Below are positions 1-10,651 of a stretch of 61,591 bases of DNA, one piece after another. The notes beneath the pieces are model-generated. The model was given only the letters and a program-made list of their open reading frames with translations. It had not been told where the DNA came from and searched no databases. The stretch comes from Gammaproteobacteria bacterium (GTDB lineage Bacteria > Pseudomonadota > Gammaproteobacteria > S144-34). Both the position numbers and the translations under genes were made by a program. The stretch's first letter is position 1. Each line of letters begins with the position of its first letter. The stretch is taken from the NCBI GenBank assembly GCA_026989495.1, contig JALSJE010000073.1:1-61591 (forward strand), written 5' to 3'.

Positions 1-26
1 ACGGCTCTAGTGGATCAGCCCGCCGG

Positions 27-44
27 GACTTTTTCAACAGCCCC
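27..44. mobile_element. Probable terminus of a third IS (GACTTTTTCAACAGCCCC) interrupting the IS256 transposase
   Basis: The IS256 reading frame stops matching exactly at WQRCRV, where the conserved H is expected, and is replaced by a GGGGCTGTTGAAAAAGTC IS-end-like sequence. The rest lies outside the window. Confidence 0.4.
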
Positions 45-797
45 ACCCGGCAGCGCTGCCACGTCGCCCCCAGCACCTGCCCGACCGCCTTCCTCAGCCC
101 CTCGGGGGCATCCGAGACCACCAGCCGCACCCCCCTCAGCCCTCGGGTGATCAGACCCCGCAGAAAGGCCTTCCAGAACCCGTGCGTCTCGGCCGGGCCC
201 ACCGCCAGCCCGAGCACCTCGCGCCGGCCCTCGCCGTTGACCCCCACCGCCACCACGCAGGCCTTCGAGACCACCCGGCCCGCCTCCCGGCACTCGAGAT
301 AGGGCGCATCCAGCCACAGATACGGCCACACCCCCTCCAGCGGACGCTCCAGAAACGCCCGCACACGCTCGTCCAGCTCGGCACACAGCCGCGAGACCTG
401 GCTCTTGGAAATCCCTGTCATCCCAAGGGCCTGCACCAGATCGTCCACCTTGCGCGTCGAGACCCCCAGCACCCACGCCCGCTGCACCACCGACACCAGC
501 GCCTGCTCCGACAGCCGCCGCGGTTCCAGAAAGCTCGGGAAATAGCTCCCACGGCTGCGGCTTCGGGATCCGCAGCTCCAGCCGCCCAACCCGCGTCTCC
601 AGCGCCCGATCCCGGTAGCCGTTGCGCCACGTCACCCGCCCCGGGCTGCGCTCGTGTCGCCCCGCACCCACCTGCGCCTCGACCTCCAGCTCCATCAGCC
701 GCTGGAGCAAAAACTCGGCGGCCTCCCGCAGCGGATCCGTCGCCTGGGCCTTCTCAAGCAGCCGCTCCAGTGCCATTCTCTCCTCGGTCTCGGTCAC
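45..797 (-). pseudogene. IS256-family transposase, frameshifted (~560) and 3'-truncated
   Basis: RNGYRDRALETRVGRLELRIPK, then in another frame SYFPSFLEPRR..GVSTRKV..ISKSQVSR..YLWLDA..VVSDA..WQRCRV, all typical IS256 DDE motifs. Confidence 0.9.
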
Positions 798-869
798 CGT
801 GCGTCCCTCCTCTCGCTGGTCCGCCTTCTGTCACCAAACCAGTCTACGGGAGGACCACGGTGACCTCCT

Positions 870-905
870 TTAGAACCCTTCTACACCACGCCCAGGGACA
901 CTAAC
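870..905 (-). mobile_element. IS256 left terminal inverted repeat region
   Basis: GTTAGTGTCCCTGGGCGTGGTGTAGAAGG (minus strand) lies upstream of the transposase and abuts the istA 5' end. Confidence 0.55.
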
Positions 906-2170
906 TGGCCAAGCTGTCCTGGGAGGCGCGTATGAGCATCGAGGTGCTGGCGGACAAGGGGGTGTCCAACCGTGAGGTGGCTCGGCTGCTCGGGGTGAGC
1001 GAGGGCACGGTGCGCTACCACCGTCGCCGGCAGGCGACGGGTGCGGTCGACGGGCGCCGCCGCCAGGCGCGCAAGGCGGCGGCCTGGCGGGAGGCGATCG
1101 AGTGCTGGCTGGCTGGCCGCGGCGAGGCGGCACCTGCGAACGTGGCTGAGCTGCATGCCTGGCTGGTGGCCGAGCACGGCGATGGGGGGAGCCTGCGCTC
1201 GCTCCAGCGCTACGTGCGCGAGGCCTGGCCGGCGCCGCCGCGGCGGGCCCGGCGGCGCGTGGAAACACCCCCCGGGGCCCAGGCGCAGGCCGACTGGGCG
1301 GTCTTTCCCGGGGTGTGGGTCGGCGGGCGGCGGCAGGATCTGCTGGCCTTCGAGCTGAAGCTGTCGTGGTCGCGCTATCCGGCGGTGGTGGTCTGGTCGG
1401 ATCGCAAGCATGCGCTGGCCTGGCTGGCGGTCCACAACGAGGCCTTCCGGCGCCTGGGCGGGATACCGGCCTGCGTGCGGATCGACAACGAGAGGACGGC
1501 CGTGGTCCGGGGCGCCGGGGCCTGGGGCACGCTCCATCCGGCCTACCGCGCCTATGCCCGCATGGTGCGCTTCCACGTCGATGCCTGCCCGCCGCGGGCG
1601 CCGCAGGCCAAGGGCAAGGTGGAGCGGCGCATCCGCGACCATCGCAGTGCCCTCGACCCCTACGGGTGCCACTGGGCGAGCCTCGCCGAGCTGCAGACGG
1701 CCACCGACGCGCGGGTGCGCCGGCTGAGCCGCCGGCGGCGCTCGCGGCCACGGGCACCGACGTCGAGACGGCCTGGCGGCGCGAGCTGCGGTATCTCGCC
1801 CCGGTGCCCGTGCTGCCGGAGCCCTTCGACGTGGCCGTCGAGCGGCGGGTGGGGGCCGACTGCCTGGTCGCCTTCGAGCACCGGCAGTACTCGGTCCCGT
1901 TCCGGCTCGTCGGCCAGCGGGTCGAGGTCCGCGGCTGTGCCCGCACCGTGCAGATCCTGGCCGAGGGCCGCGTGGTGGCGAGCCACCCCCGCCATACCGG
2001 GCGCCGGCTCCTCATCGACCCGGCCCATTACGAGGGGCCCTCGACGCCCGAGGTCCAGGCCCCGCCCCCGCTGGGCCGCATGGGGGCGCGGCCGCGAGCA
2101 GATCGCCGCCCTCGCCCCCGAGCAGCGCCCCCTGGACCTGTATGCGGCGCTGGCGGAGGTGGCCCGATGA
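906..2170 (+). pseudogene. istA: IS21-family transposase IstA (two compensating frameshifts, start codon apparently disrupted)
   Basis: N-terminal HTH (SNREVARLLGVSEGTVR), ETPPGAQAQADW, DNER, KGKVER. The C-terminal part (RQYSVP..GQRVEVR) lies in the 1315 frame. Confidence 0.88.
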
Positions 2171-2947
2171 GCGCCCGGCCGCGCCCCCGGGTGGACCTCG
2201 ATGCCACCGCCGAGCGGCTGCGGCACGCAGGCCTCGTGCACGCTGCAGAACACCTGGCCGAGCGGCTGGCCGAGGCCAACCGCGAGGAGCTCGCCCCCCA
2301 TGCCTTCCTCGACCGCCTGCTGGCCGACGAGCTCGCCGAGCGCGAGCAGCGGCGCATCCGCACCGCGCTCAGGCTCTCCGGCCTGCCCACCGGCCAGACG
2401 CTCGGCAACTTCGACTTCGCCTTCCAGCCCCTCCGTCGAGCGCTCGCGCATTGAGACCCTGGCCACCTGCGCCTGGCTGCGCGCCCGCGAGACCCTGCTC
2501 ATCCAGGGGCCACCGGGTGTGGGGAAAACGCATCTGGCCGTCGCCCTCGGCATCAAGGCCGTCGAGCACGGCTTCTCGGTGCTGTTCCTGCGCATCGAGG
2601 AGCTCATCGCCGCCCTCAAGCGCGACGCCGAGCTCCCGCCCACCCGGCTGCGCCGGCGCAAGTACCTCAACGTGGCACTCCTCATCATCGACGAGATGGG
2701 CTTCGAGCCCATGGACCGGCAGGCCGCATCGCTGTTCTTCCGGCTCGTCAGCTACCGCTACGGGCGAGGCGCCATCCTCATCACCACCAACAAGGGCATC
2801 AAGGACTGGCCCGAGCTGCTCGCCGGCGACGAGGTGCTGGCCACCTCCATCCTCGACCGGCTGCTCCATCACAGCCACGTCCTCAACATCAAGGGCCGCA
2901 GCTACCGGCTGCGCGACCTGGAGCAGGCCCTCAGCCTGAGAGACTGA
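2167..2947 (+). pseudogene. istB: IS21-family helper ATPase IstB (frameshift at ~2428)
   Basis: Walker A GPPGVGKT, Walker B LLIIDEMG, ITTNK, ILDRLLHH, GRSYR. The N-terminal part (..FDFAFQP) is in a different frame. Confidence 0.9.
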
Positions 2948-2976
2948 CCATGGAGCAGAATCCACCACAGAGCGGG

Positions 2977-3027
2977 TGCGTAAGAGTAGGTGTCGCCTTA
3001 GCGCGTAAGACTGGATGTCGTGTGACA
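2977..3027. mobile_element. IS21 right end (two imperfect repeats, terminal CA)
   Basis: GCGTAAGAGTAGGTGTCG / GCGTAAGACTGGATGTCG followed by TGTGACA, typical IS21 end architecture. Confidence 0.7.
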
Positions 3028-3037
3028 GCTGTAAGAA

Positions 3038-3169
3038 CTTCCCCGCGGCCATGGACGGCCGCGGGAGGGTTCATGCATAGGGAAGTGCATGACGACTCAA
3101 GGAAAATCAGAATGACCGCGGAGCACCTCAGTGCTGATCAATCCGCGCGGCGGATTGATCAGAGTTTCC
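3038..3169 (+). repeat. Dispersed multi-hairpin repeat, copy A
   Basis: Shares CCCCGCGGCC..GGCCGCGGG, CATGCAnAGGGAAGTGCATGAC and CTGATCAATCCG..CGGATTGATCAGAG with four other loci. Confidence 0.9.
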
Positions 3170-3212
3170 ATCAGAGGTTCCGCAGATGGATGACGGGGGT
3201 ATGACGGGGGCT

Positions 3213-3578
3213 TCAGCCCCGGCGGCTCAGGAGGGAGCGTGCAGCCGATTCGATGGCTTCGAGGGCAGGGCCCATGATCAGCCCTGCCTGGAGGTGATAC
3301 AGGCGGAGCTCGCAGGCGACAGGCAGGTGCAAGGCCGCTCCGCGCGGCTCGAAGGCCGTCCAGGCCATGAATGGGACGCTACCCGCACGCGGCGCCCACA
3401 CCACCCATGCGCGGTCGTCGAGCTCACACTCCACCCCTCTGAAACCCGGCATCGACAGGTGCAGCGGGTGGCCGTGGCGGCGCAGCGCCAGCCGCACGGA
3501 GTTCCAGCAGGGGGCGGGCACGCGCTTGGGGAGGATACGCAGCGGCTCGAAACGCTCCAAGTCGCGCGGGTCGGCCAC
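3213..3578 (-). CDS. Uncharacterised ~121-aa protein closing the cbbLSX operon (paralog of 12996..13358)
   Basis: Co-oriented, 30 bp after cbbX. Aligns by eye with 12996..13358 (VPAxCWN, LPG, AW, VPxxAWxAF, HxPVxCE, H). Confidence 0.8.
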   Translation of the reverse strand: MADPRDLERFEPLRILPKRVPAPCWNSVRLALRRHGHPLHLSMPGFRGVECELDDRAWVVWAPRAGSVPFMAWTAFEPRGAALHLPVACELRLYHLQAGLIMGPALEAIESAARSLLSRRG

Positions 3579-3608
3579 GGCGGAGGCTGGAGGCTGCGCA
3601 CCCGAGTG

Positions 3609-4550
3609 CTAGGGAGTGCCGGTGCCGGCCTCATGGCCGGTGCCGTCCGGCGCCCCCTCGGTGAACACCCGGCTGGCAAGTATGTCTTCAGGCTGCAATG
3701 TGACCAGATCTTCCCTACTCAGCAGCCTCCCTCGATTGGCGAACAGGCGATTGGCCTGGCGCAGGCGCGCCCGGTCGAGCGCGTTGCGTATGGAGCGCGC
3801 GTTGGCGAAGTGGGGCATCTTCATGCGACGGCGAATGTAGTCCCGGAAGACCTCCTCGGCCTCGGGGCTGAAGCGGTAGTTCATCTGCGCGAGCATGAGC
3901 TTTGCGATGGCGAGGAGTTCGTCCTCCGTGTAGTCGGGAAAATCGATGTGGTGGGCGATACGCGAGCGCATCCCCGGATTGCTCTGGAAGAAGCGGTCCA
4001 TCTTGGACTTGTACCCGGCCAGGATCACGACCAGGTCGTCGCGCTGGTTCTCCATCACCTGGAGCAGGATCTCGATCGCCTCCTGCCCGTAGTCGCGCTC
4101 GTTCTCGGGCCGATAGAGATAGTAGGCCTCGTCGATGAACAGCACGCCTCCCATCGCCTTCTTGAGCACCTCCTTGGTCTTGGGCGCGGTGTGGCCGATG
4201 TACTGCCCGACGAGGTCGTCGCGGGTAACGGCCACCAAGTGCCCCTTGCGGACGTAGCCGAGGCGGTGGAGGATGTCGGCCATCCGCATGGCCACGGTCG
4301 TCTTGCCCGTACCGGGATTGCCTGTGAAGCACATGTGCAATGTGGGCGTCTCGGCGCTCAGCGCCAGCTTGCGGCGCAGGCGGTCGACCAGAAGCAGCGC
4401 CGCGATCTCGCGGATGCGCGTCTTGACGGGGGCCAGCCCCACCAGCTCGCGGTCGAGCTGGTCGAGCACCTCCTCGACGTTCGATTCGCGCAGCTCGGCC
4501 TCGAGGTCCACGCTGACCGTGCCGGCTGCGGTCTGCTCAGTCGTCGTCAT
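3609..4550 (-). CDS. cbbX: Red-type Rubisco activase CbbX (AAA+)
   Basis: [42 protein letters not shown]. Confidence 0.97.
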   Translation of the reverse strand: MTTTEQTAAGTVSVDLEAELRESNVEEVLDQLDRELVGLAPVKTRIREIAALLLVDRLRRKLALSAETPTLHMCFTGNPGTGKTTVAMRMADILHRLGYVRKGHLVAVTRDDLVGQYIGHTAPKTKEVLKKAMGGVLFIDEAYYLYRPENERDYGQEAIEILLQVMENQRDDLVVILAGYKSKMDRFFQSNPGMRSRIAHHIDFPDYTEDELLAIAKLMLAQMNYRFSPEAEEVFRDYIRRRMKMPHFANARSIRNALDRARLRQANRLFANRGRLLSREDLVTLQPEDILASRVFTEGAPDGTGHEAGTGTP

Positions 4551-4594
4551 GCATCGTCCTCCGCTGGCGGGCGGTCCGGTTCCGCCCGAATGGC

Positions 4595-4623
4595 GCCGGG
4601 GGCGGGCCCAGCCCGCCCCCGGC
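4595..4623. terminator. GC hairpin between cbbS and cbbX
   Basis: GCCGGGGGCGGGC-CCA-GCCCGCCCCCGGC, no U-tract; may be an mRNA-stability stem. Confidence 0.5.
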
Positions 4624-4631
4624 GGTTCGGA

Positions 4632-5072
4632 TCACGAGCCGTAGCGCTCGTTCTCGGGCCGCTCCGTCGCATAGGGCCGCAGTGTGTAGACGATATGGCG
4701 GTCGTTGGTCTCGGTCCTGACCAGCCCGAAGCCGGGCTCCTCCTTGGGACGGTTGACGATGAAGGACATGCGCGGCGTCTCCCAGCCCCGTGTGGAGTCG
4801 TAGGCCGTCACCCGGATGTAGTGGTTGGGATATGCCTTGCGGCACTCGTTGACCTCGTAGAGGATGCCGGCCGGGTCCTTGAGGTCGAACATGGGCAGGC
4901 CCCACATCTCCCAGTAGGTGTTGCGCGGGTGGGGGTCGTCGGTGAACTCCACGTTGAGCGCCCAGCCCTGATTGAGGGCGTACTCGATCTGGGCGAGGAT
5001 CTGCTCGTCGGTGAGGTCGGGCAGGAAGGAGAACTGGCCCTGCGTGATCCGGTTGCCGTAGTTGGTCATCAT
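4632..5072 (-). CDS. cbbS: Rubisco small subunit, red type (form IC)
   Basis: [37 protein letters not shown] and the long betaE-F loop C-terminus. GAGGAGG RBS. Confidence 0.96.
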   Translation of the reverse strand: MMTNYGNRITQGQFSFLPDLTDEQILAQIEYALNQGWALNVEFTDDPHPRNTYWEMWGLPMFDLKDPAGILYEVNECRKAYPNHYIRVTAYDSTRGWETPRMSFIVNRPKEEPGFGLVRTETNDRHIVYTLRPYATERPENERYGS

Positions 5073-5085
5073 GGCGGTATCCTCC

Positions 5086-6582
<1,497 letters not shown>

Positions 6583-6714
6583 TCATGCGGTGTGCTGTTA
6601 AACCCCGCACGCCGCATGCTTGCAGGATGGCGCCCTGGTGCGATAAAGAGAAATCGAAAGTGTCGAAGGTTCATATAGACGATCTTCGGCCGAACACGCC
6701 AGGAGGTGCCGGCC

Positions 6715-7641
6715 ATGGCGGAATCAGCATCAGCCCCGGCGCGACTCATGCGACGAGCGACTTTCCGGCAGCTCGAAATCTTCGACGCGGTCGCGCGCAG
6801 CGGCAGCTTCAGCCGTGCGGCTGAGGCGTTGCACCTGACGCAGCCGACCATCTCCATGCAGATCCGCAAGCTGTCCGAGGCGGTCGGGATGCCGCTGTTC
6901 GAGCAGGTGGGCAAACGTGTTTTTCTGACGCATGCGGGGCGTGAGCTGTATGCGGCCTGCCGGGAGCTGTTCCGCACGCTCGACGGTTTCGAGATGTCCA
7001 TCGCCAACCTGCGCGGGCTCAAGCAGGGTGCGCTGCATGTCGCAGCCGTGACCACGGCGGAATACTTCCTGCCGCGCATCCTCGGGGAGTTCTGCCAGCG
7101 CTATCCAGGCATCGACGTCTCGCTCGAGGTGACGAACCGCGAGCATGCGCTCGAGCGTCTGCGCCAGAACCTCGATGACCTTTACATCTTCGGTCAGCCG
7201 CCGCACGATCTCGACGTCGAGGCCGTTCCCTTCCTGGAGAATCCGCTGGTGGTGATCGCCGCGGCGGGTCACCCTCTCGCGGGACAGAGGCGCGTCACGC
7301 CGGAACGCATCGCCCGTGAGCCTTTTCTCATGCGCGAGCCAGGGTCCGGCACGAGGCTCGCCGCCGAGAGCTTCTTCGCGGCCCGCGGGCTCTCGCCGAA
7401 GGTGCGCATGGAGCTCGGCAGCAACGAGGCCATCAAGCAGGCGGTGGCGGGCGGTCTCGGGATCTCGATCCTCTCGGGGCATGCGCTGCGCAAGGGCGAG
7501 GACGGCCTTGCGGTGCTTCCCGTGCAGGGCTTCCCGCTGCGCAAGAGCTGGTACCTGGTCTACCCGCGTGGCAAGCAGCTTTCGGTGGTCGCACGCACCT
7601 TCCTGGAGTTCTCCCTGCGCCAGATAAAGAATAAGTGTTGA
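6715..7641 (+). CDS. cbbR: LysR regulator CbbR (copy 1)
   Basis: TFRQLEIF..SFSRAAEALHLTQPTISMQI, REPGSGTR, SNEAIKQAV. Divergent from the red cbbL. Confidence 0.93.
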   Translation: MAESASAPARLMRRATFRQLEIFDAVARSGSFSRAAEALHLTQPTISMQIRKLSEAVGMPLFEQVGKRVFLTHAGRELYAACRELFRTLDGFEMSIANLRGLKQGALHVAAVTTAEYFLPRILGEFCQRYPGIDVSLEVTNREHALERLRQNLDDLYIFGQPPHDLDVEAVPFLENPLVVIAAAGHPLAGQRRVTPERIAREPFLMREPGSGTRLAAESFFAARGLSPKVRMELGSNEAIKQAVAGGLGISILSGHALRKGEDGLAVLPVQGFPLRKSWYLVYPRGKQLSVVARTFLEFSLRQIKNKC

Positions 7642-7700
7642 TTTATGAAGGACATCAGAAATATTTAGTAGACCTTATCTATAATTTCTATTACTCTGCC
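7640..7700 (+). promoter_or_regulatory. AT-rich promoter of the green cbb operon with a LysR-type T-N11-A box
   Basis: Sharp AT-rich island; palindromic TAGACCTTATCTA at 7669-7681. Confidence 0.55.
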
Positions 7701-7791
7701 CGCCGTAAGGTGATTGGGCCATACGGCCACACAGTGCGCGCGCCCCGCGCGGGCGGTGCAGGCCAACCATTCCAGACGAGGAAAGGCAGCA

Positions 7792-9213
7792 ATGGGTACG
7801 CAGAAATTCCAGGCAGGCGTCAAGGAATACCGCGAGCGGTACTGGGATCCCAACTACACGCCCAAGGACAGCGACATCCTCGCGTGCTTCAAGGTCGTCC
7901 CGCAGCCGGGCGTCCCGCGCGAGGAGGCGGCCGCGGCCGTGTGCGCCGAGTCCTCCACGGCCACCTGGACCACGGTGTGGACCGATCTTCTCACCGATCT
8001 CGACTACTACCAGGGCCGCGCCTACGCCATCGAGGACGTTCCCGGCGACGACGAGGCCTTCTACGCCTTCATCGCCTATCCGATGGGGCTCTTCGAGGAG
8101 GGCTCGGTCGTCAACGTCTTCACCTCTCTGGTGGGCAACGTCTTCGGCTTCAAGGCGGTGCGCTCGCTGCGGCTCGAGGATGTGCGCTTCCCGCTGTGGT
8201 TCGTGACCACCTGCGACGGTCCGCCGCACGGTATCGACGTCGAGCGCGACAAGCTGGACAAGTACGGGCGCCCGCTTCTCGGCTGCACCATCAAGCCGAA
8301 GCTGGGGCTTTCGGCGAAGAACTACGGGCGCGCCATCTACGAGTGCCTGCGGGGGGGGCTGGACTTCACCAAGGACGACGAGAACGTCAACTCGCAGCCC
8401 TTCATGCGCTGGCGCGACCGCTTCCTCTTCGCCATGGAGGCCATCACCAAGGCCGAGGCGGAGACGGGCGAGCGCAAGGGCCACTACCTCAACGTCACCG
8501 CGCCCAACGTCGAGGAGATGTACAAGCGCGCCGAGTTCGCCAAGGAGATCGGCGCGCCCATCATCATGAGCGACTACCTCACCCTCGGCTGGGCCGCCCA
8601 CTCGAGCCTCTCGCGCTGGTGCCGCGACAACGGCATGCTGCTGCACGTGCATCGCGCCATGCATGCCGTCATCGACCGCAACCCCAAGCACGGCATCAAC
8701 TTCCGCGTGCTGGCCAAGCTCCTGCGCCTCCTGGGCGGCGACCACCTGCACTCCGGCACGGTGGTGGGCAAGCTCGAGGGCGACCGCGAGGCCACGCTGG
8801 GCTGGATCTCGCTCATGCGCGAGCGCTATATCAAGGAGGACCGCTCGCGGGGGATCTTCTTCGACCAGGACTGGGGCCACACGCCCGGCGTGTTCCCCGT
8901 CGCTTCGGGTGGCATCCACGTCTGGCACATGCCCGCCCTGGTGGATATCTTCGGCGACGACGCCGTGCTCCAGTTTGGCGGCGGCACCATCGGCCATCCC
9001 TGGGGCAACGCTGCCGGCGCAACGGCCAACCGCGTGGCGCTGGAGGCCTGCGTCAAGGCGCGCAACGAGGGCCGCGACATCATCAAGGAGGGCAAGGAGA
9101 TCCTCACCGAGGCCGCCAAGAGCTGCCCCGAGCTCAAGATGGCCATGGAGACCTGGAAGGAGATCAAGTTCGAGTTCGAGACCGTGGACAAGCTCGACGT
9201 GGCGCACCGCTGA
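7792..9213 (+). CDS. cbbL: Rubisco large subunit, form IA(q), divergent
   Basis: [45 protein letters not shown], and C-terminal DKLDVAHR (CbbQO-type tail). Confidence 0.97.
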   Translation: MGTQKFQAGVKEYRERYWDPNYTPKDSDILACFKVVPQPGVPREEAAAAVCAESSTATWTTVWTDLLTDLDYYQGRAYAIEDVPGDDEAFYAFIAYPMGLFEEGSVVNVFTSLVGNVFGFKAVRSLRLEDVRFPLWFVTTCDGPPHGIDVERDKLDKYGRPLLGCTIKPKLGLSAKNYGRAIYECLRGGLDFTKDDENVNSQPFMRWRDRFLFAMEAITKAEAETGERKGHYLNVTAPNVEEMYKRAEFAKEIGAPIIMSDYLTLGWAAHSSLSRWCRDNGMLLHVHRAMHAVIDRNPKHGINFRVLAKLLRLLGGDHLHSGTVVGKLEGDREATLGWISLMRERYIKEDRSRGIFFDQDWGHTPGVFPVASGGIHVWHMPALVDIFGDDAVLQFGGGTIGHPWGNAAGATANRVALEACVKARNEGRDIIKEGKEILTEAAKSCPELKMAMETWKEIKFEFETVDKLDVAHR

Positions 9214-9264
9214 GTGCCCCCGTCCCTGCCAGTCCACGACCCGAACTCAGAGGAGAGCTGCACG

Positions 9265-9684
9265 ATGAGCGAGATGAACGACTTCCCGTCGCGGATCAAG
9301 GACCCGGCGAGCCGCCGTCTGGGCACCTTTTCCTACCTCCCCGGGTTCACGGAGGAGGAGATCCGCAAGCAGATCAAATACGTGATCGACCAGGGCTGGG
9401 ACTGCGCCATCGAGCACACCGAGCCCGAGTTCGCGCGGCTCCACTACTGGTACATGTGGAAGCTGCCGATGTTCGGCGAGACCGACGTAGACGTGATCAT
9501 GCAGGAGATCGAGGCCTGCAGGAAGGCCAATCCCGGCCATCACATTCGCCTGATCGGATACAACAAGTACCGGCAGACCCAGGGGCTGAGCCTGGTGGTC
9601 CACCGCGGCGACATCCCGCAGGAGTCCACCACGGAGACCTGGATGCACCTCAAGACCAAGGCGCCCGACTGGGTGCTGCGCTGA
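9265..9684 (+). CDS. cbbS: Rubisco small subunit, green type, with a ~24-aa C-terminal extension
   Basis: TFSYLP, YWYMWKLPMFGE, HIRLIGY. GAGGAG RBS. Confidence 0.95.
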   Translation: MSEMNDFPSRIKDPASRRLGTFSYLPGFTEEEIRKQIKYVIDQGWDCAIEHTEPEFARLHYWYMWKLPMFGETDVDVIMQEIEACRKANPGHHIRLIGYNKYRQTQGLSLVVHRGDIPQESTTETWMHLKTKAPDWVLR

Positions 9685-9713
9685 CGCGCGCACGGCCCCG
9701 TCCGCCGGCGGGG

Positions 9714-9753
9714 CCCTTTCCCGGCCCGGCGTGCACGCCGGGCCGGGAAAGGG
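9714..9753. terminator. Perfect 40-bp palindrome between cbbS and cbbQ
   Basis: CCCTTTCCCGGCCCGGCGTG|CACGCCGGGCCGGGAAAGGG. Confidence 0.65.
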
Positions 9754-9807
9754 GGCTGCATCTCCTGACGAGCCAACCGCTAGCCACCGAGCTGAACGGA
9801 CACGTCC

Positions 9808-10620
9808 ATGACTGCAGCGATCGATACCGACCAGTACCTCATCCGGGAAGAGCCCTACTACCGGGCGGTGGGCGATGAGATCGAGCTGTTCGAAGCCGCC
9901 TACTCGGTGCGCATGCCCATGATGCTCAAGGGTCCGACAGGCTGCGGCAAGTCGCGCTTCGTCGAGTACATGGCCTGGCGGCTCAGGCGCCCGCTCATCA
10001 CCGTGGCCTGCAACGAGGACGTGACGGCCTCCGACCTGGTAGGGCGCTTCCTGCTGGACGCGCAGGGCACGCGCTGGCAGGACGGCCCCCTCACGGTGGC
10101 CGCGCGCATCGGCGCCATCTGCTACCTGGACGAGATCGTCGAGGCGCGCCAGGACACGATGGTTGTCATCCATCCGCTCACGGACCACCGCCGCTTGCTC
10201 CCGCTGGACAAGAAGGGTGAGGTGGTGCAGGCCCACCCGGACTTCCAGCTTGTCATCTCCTACAATCCGGGCTACCAGAGCCTGATGAAGGACCTCAAGC
10301 AGTCCACCAAGCAGCGTTTCGGCGCCCTCGACTTCGGCTATCCGGAGCCGGAGGTCGAGGCCGAGATCGTGGCGCAGGAGTCGGGCGTGGATCCCGCCAT
10401 CGCGGCGAAGCTGGTGCAGGTGGCCGAGCGCTCGCGCAACCTCAAGGGCCACGGGCTCGACGAGGGCATCTCCACGCGGCTGCTGGTCTACGCCGGCCAG
10501 CTCATCGCCAAGGGGATCGCGCCCGTGGCGGCCTGCCGGCTCGCGCTGGTGCGCCCGCTCACGGACGACCCCGACATGCGCGACACGCTCGACGCCGCGG
10601 TCCAGACCTTCTTCGGTTGA
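9808..10620 (+). CDS. cbbQ: Rubisco activase CbbQ (MoxR AAA+)
   Basis: [36 protein letters not shown]. Confidence 0.97.
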   Translation: MTAAIDTDQYLIREEPYYRAVGDEIELFEAAYSVRMPMMLKGPTGCGKSRFVEYMAWRLRRPLITVACNEDVTASDLVGRFLLDAQGTRWQDGPLTVAARIGAICYLDEIVEARQDTMVVIHPLTDHRRLLPLDKKGEVVQAHPDFQLVISYNPGYQSLMKDLKQSTKQRFGALDFGYPEPEVEAEIVAQESGVDPAIAAKLVQVAERSRNLKGHGLDEGISTRLLVYAGQLIAKGIAPVAACRLALVRPLTDDPDMRDTLDAAVQTFFG

Positions 10621-10651
10621 GCGGGCGGCCTCGGGCGGCCCGCGCTGCGCC

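Noticed and set aside
2420-2440. Programmed frameshift in istB
   Set aside because: No slippery heptamer; an extra C in a short run is better explained by mutation or sequencing error.
2950-3204. Short ORFs sharing MHREVHD (also near 25723, 35571, 36259)
   Set aside because: They are translations of the non-coding repeat with inconsistent starts and stops.
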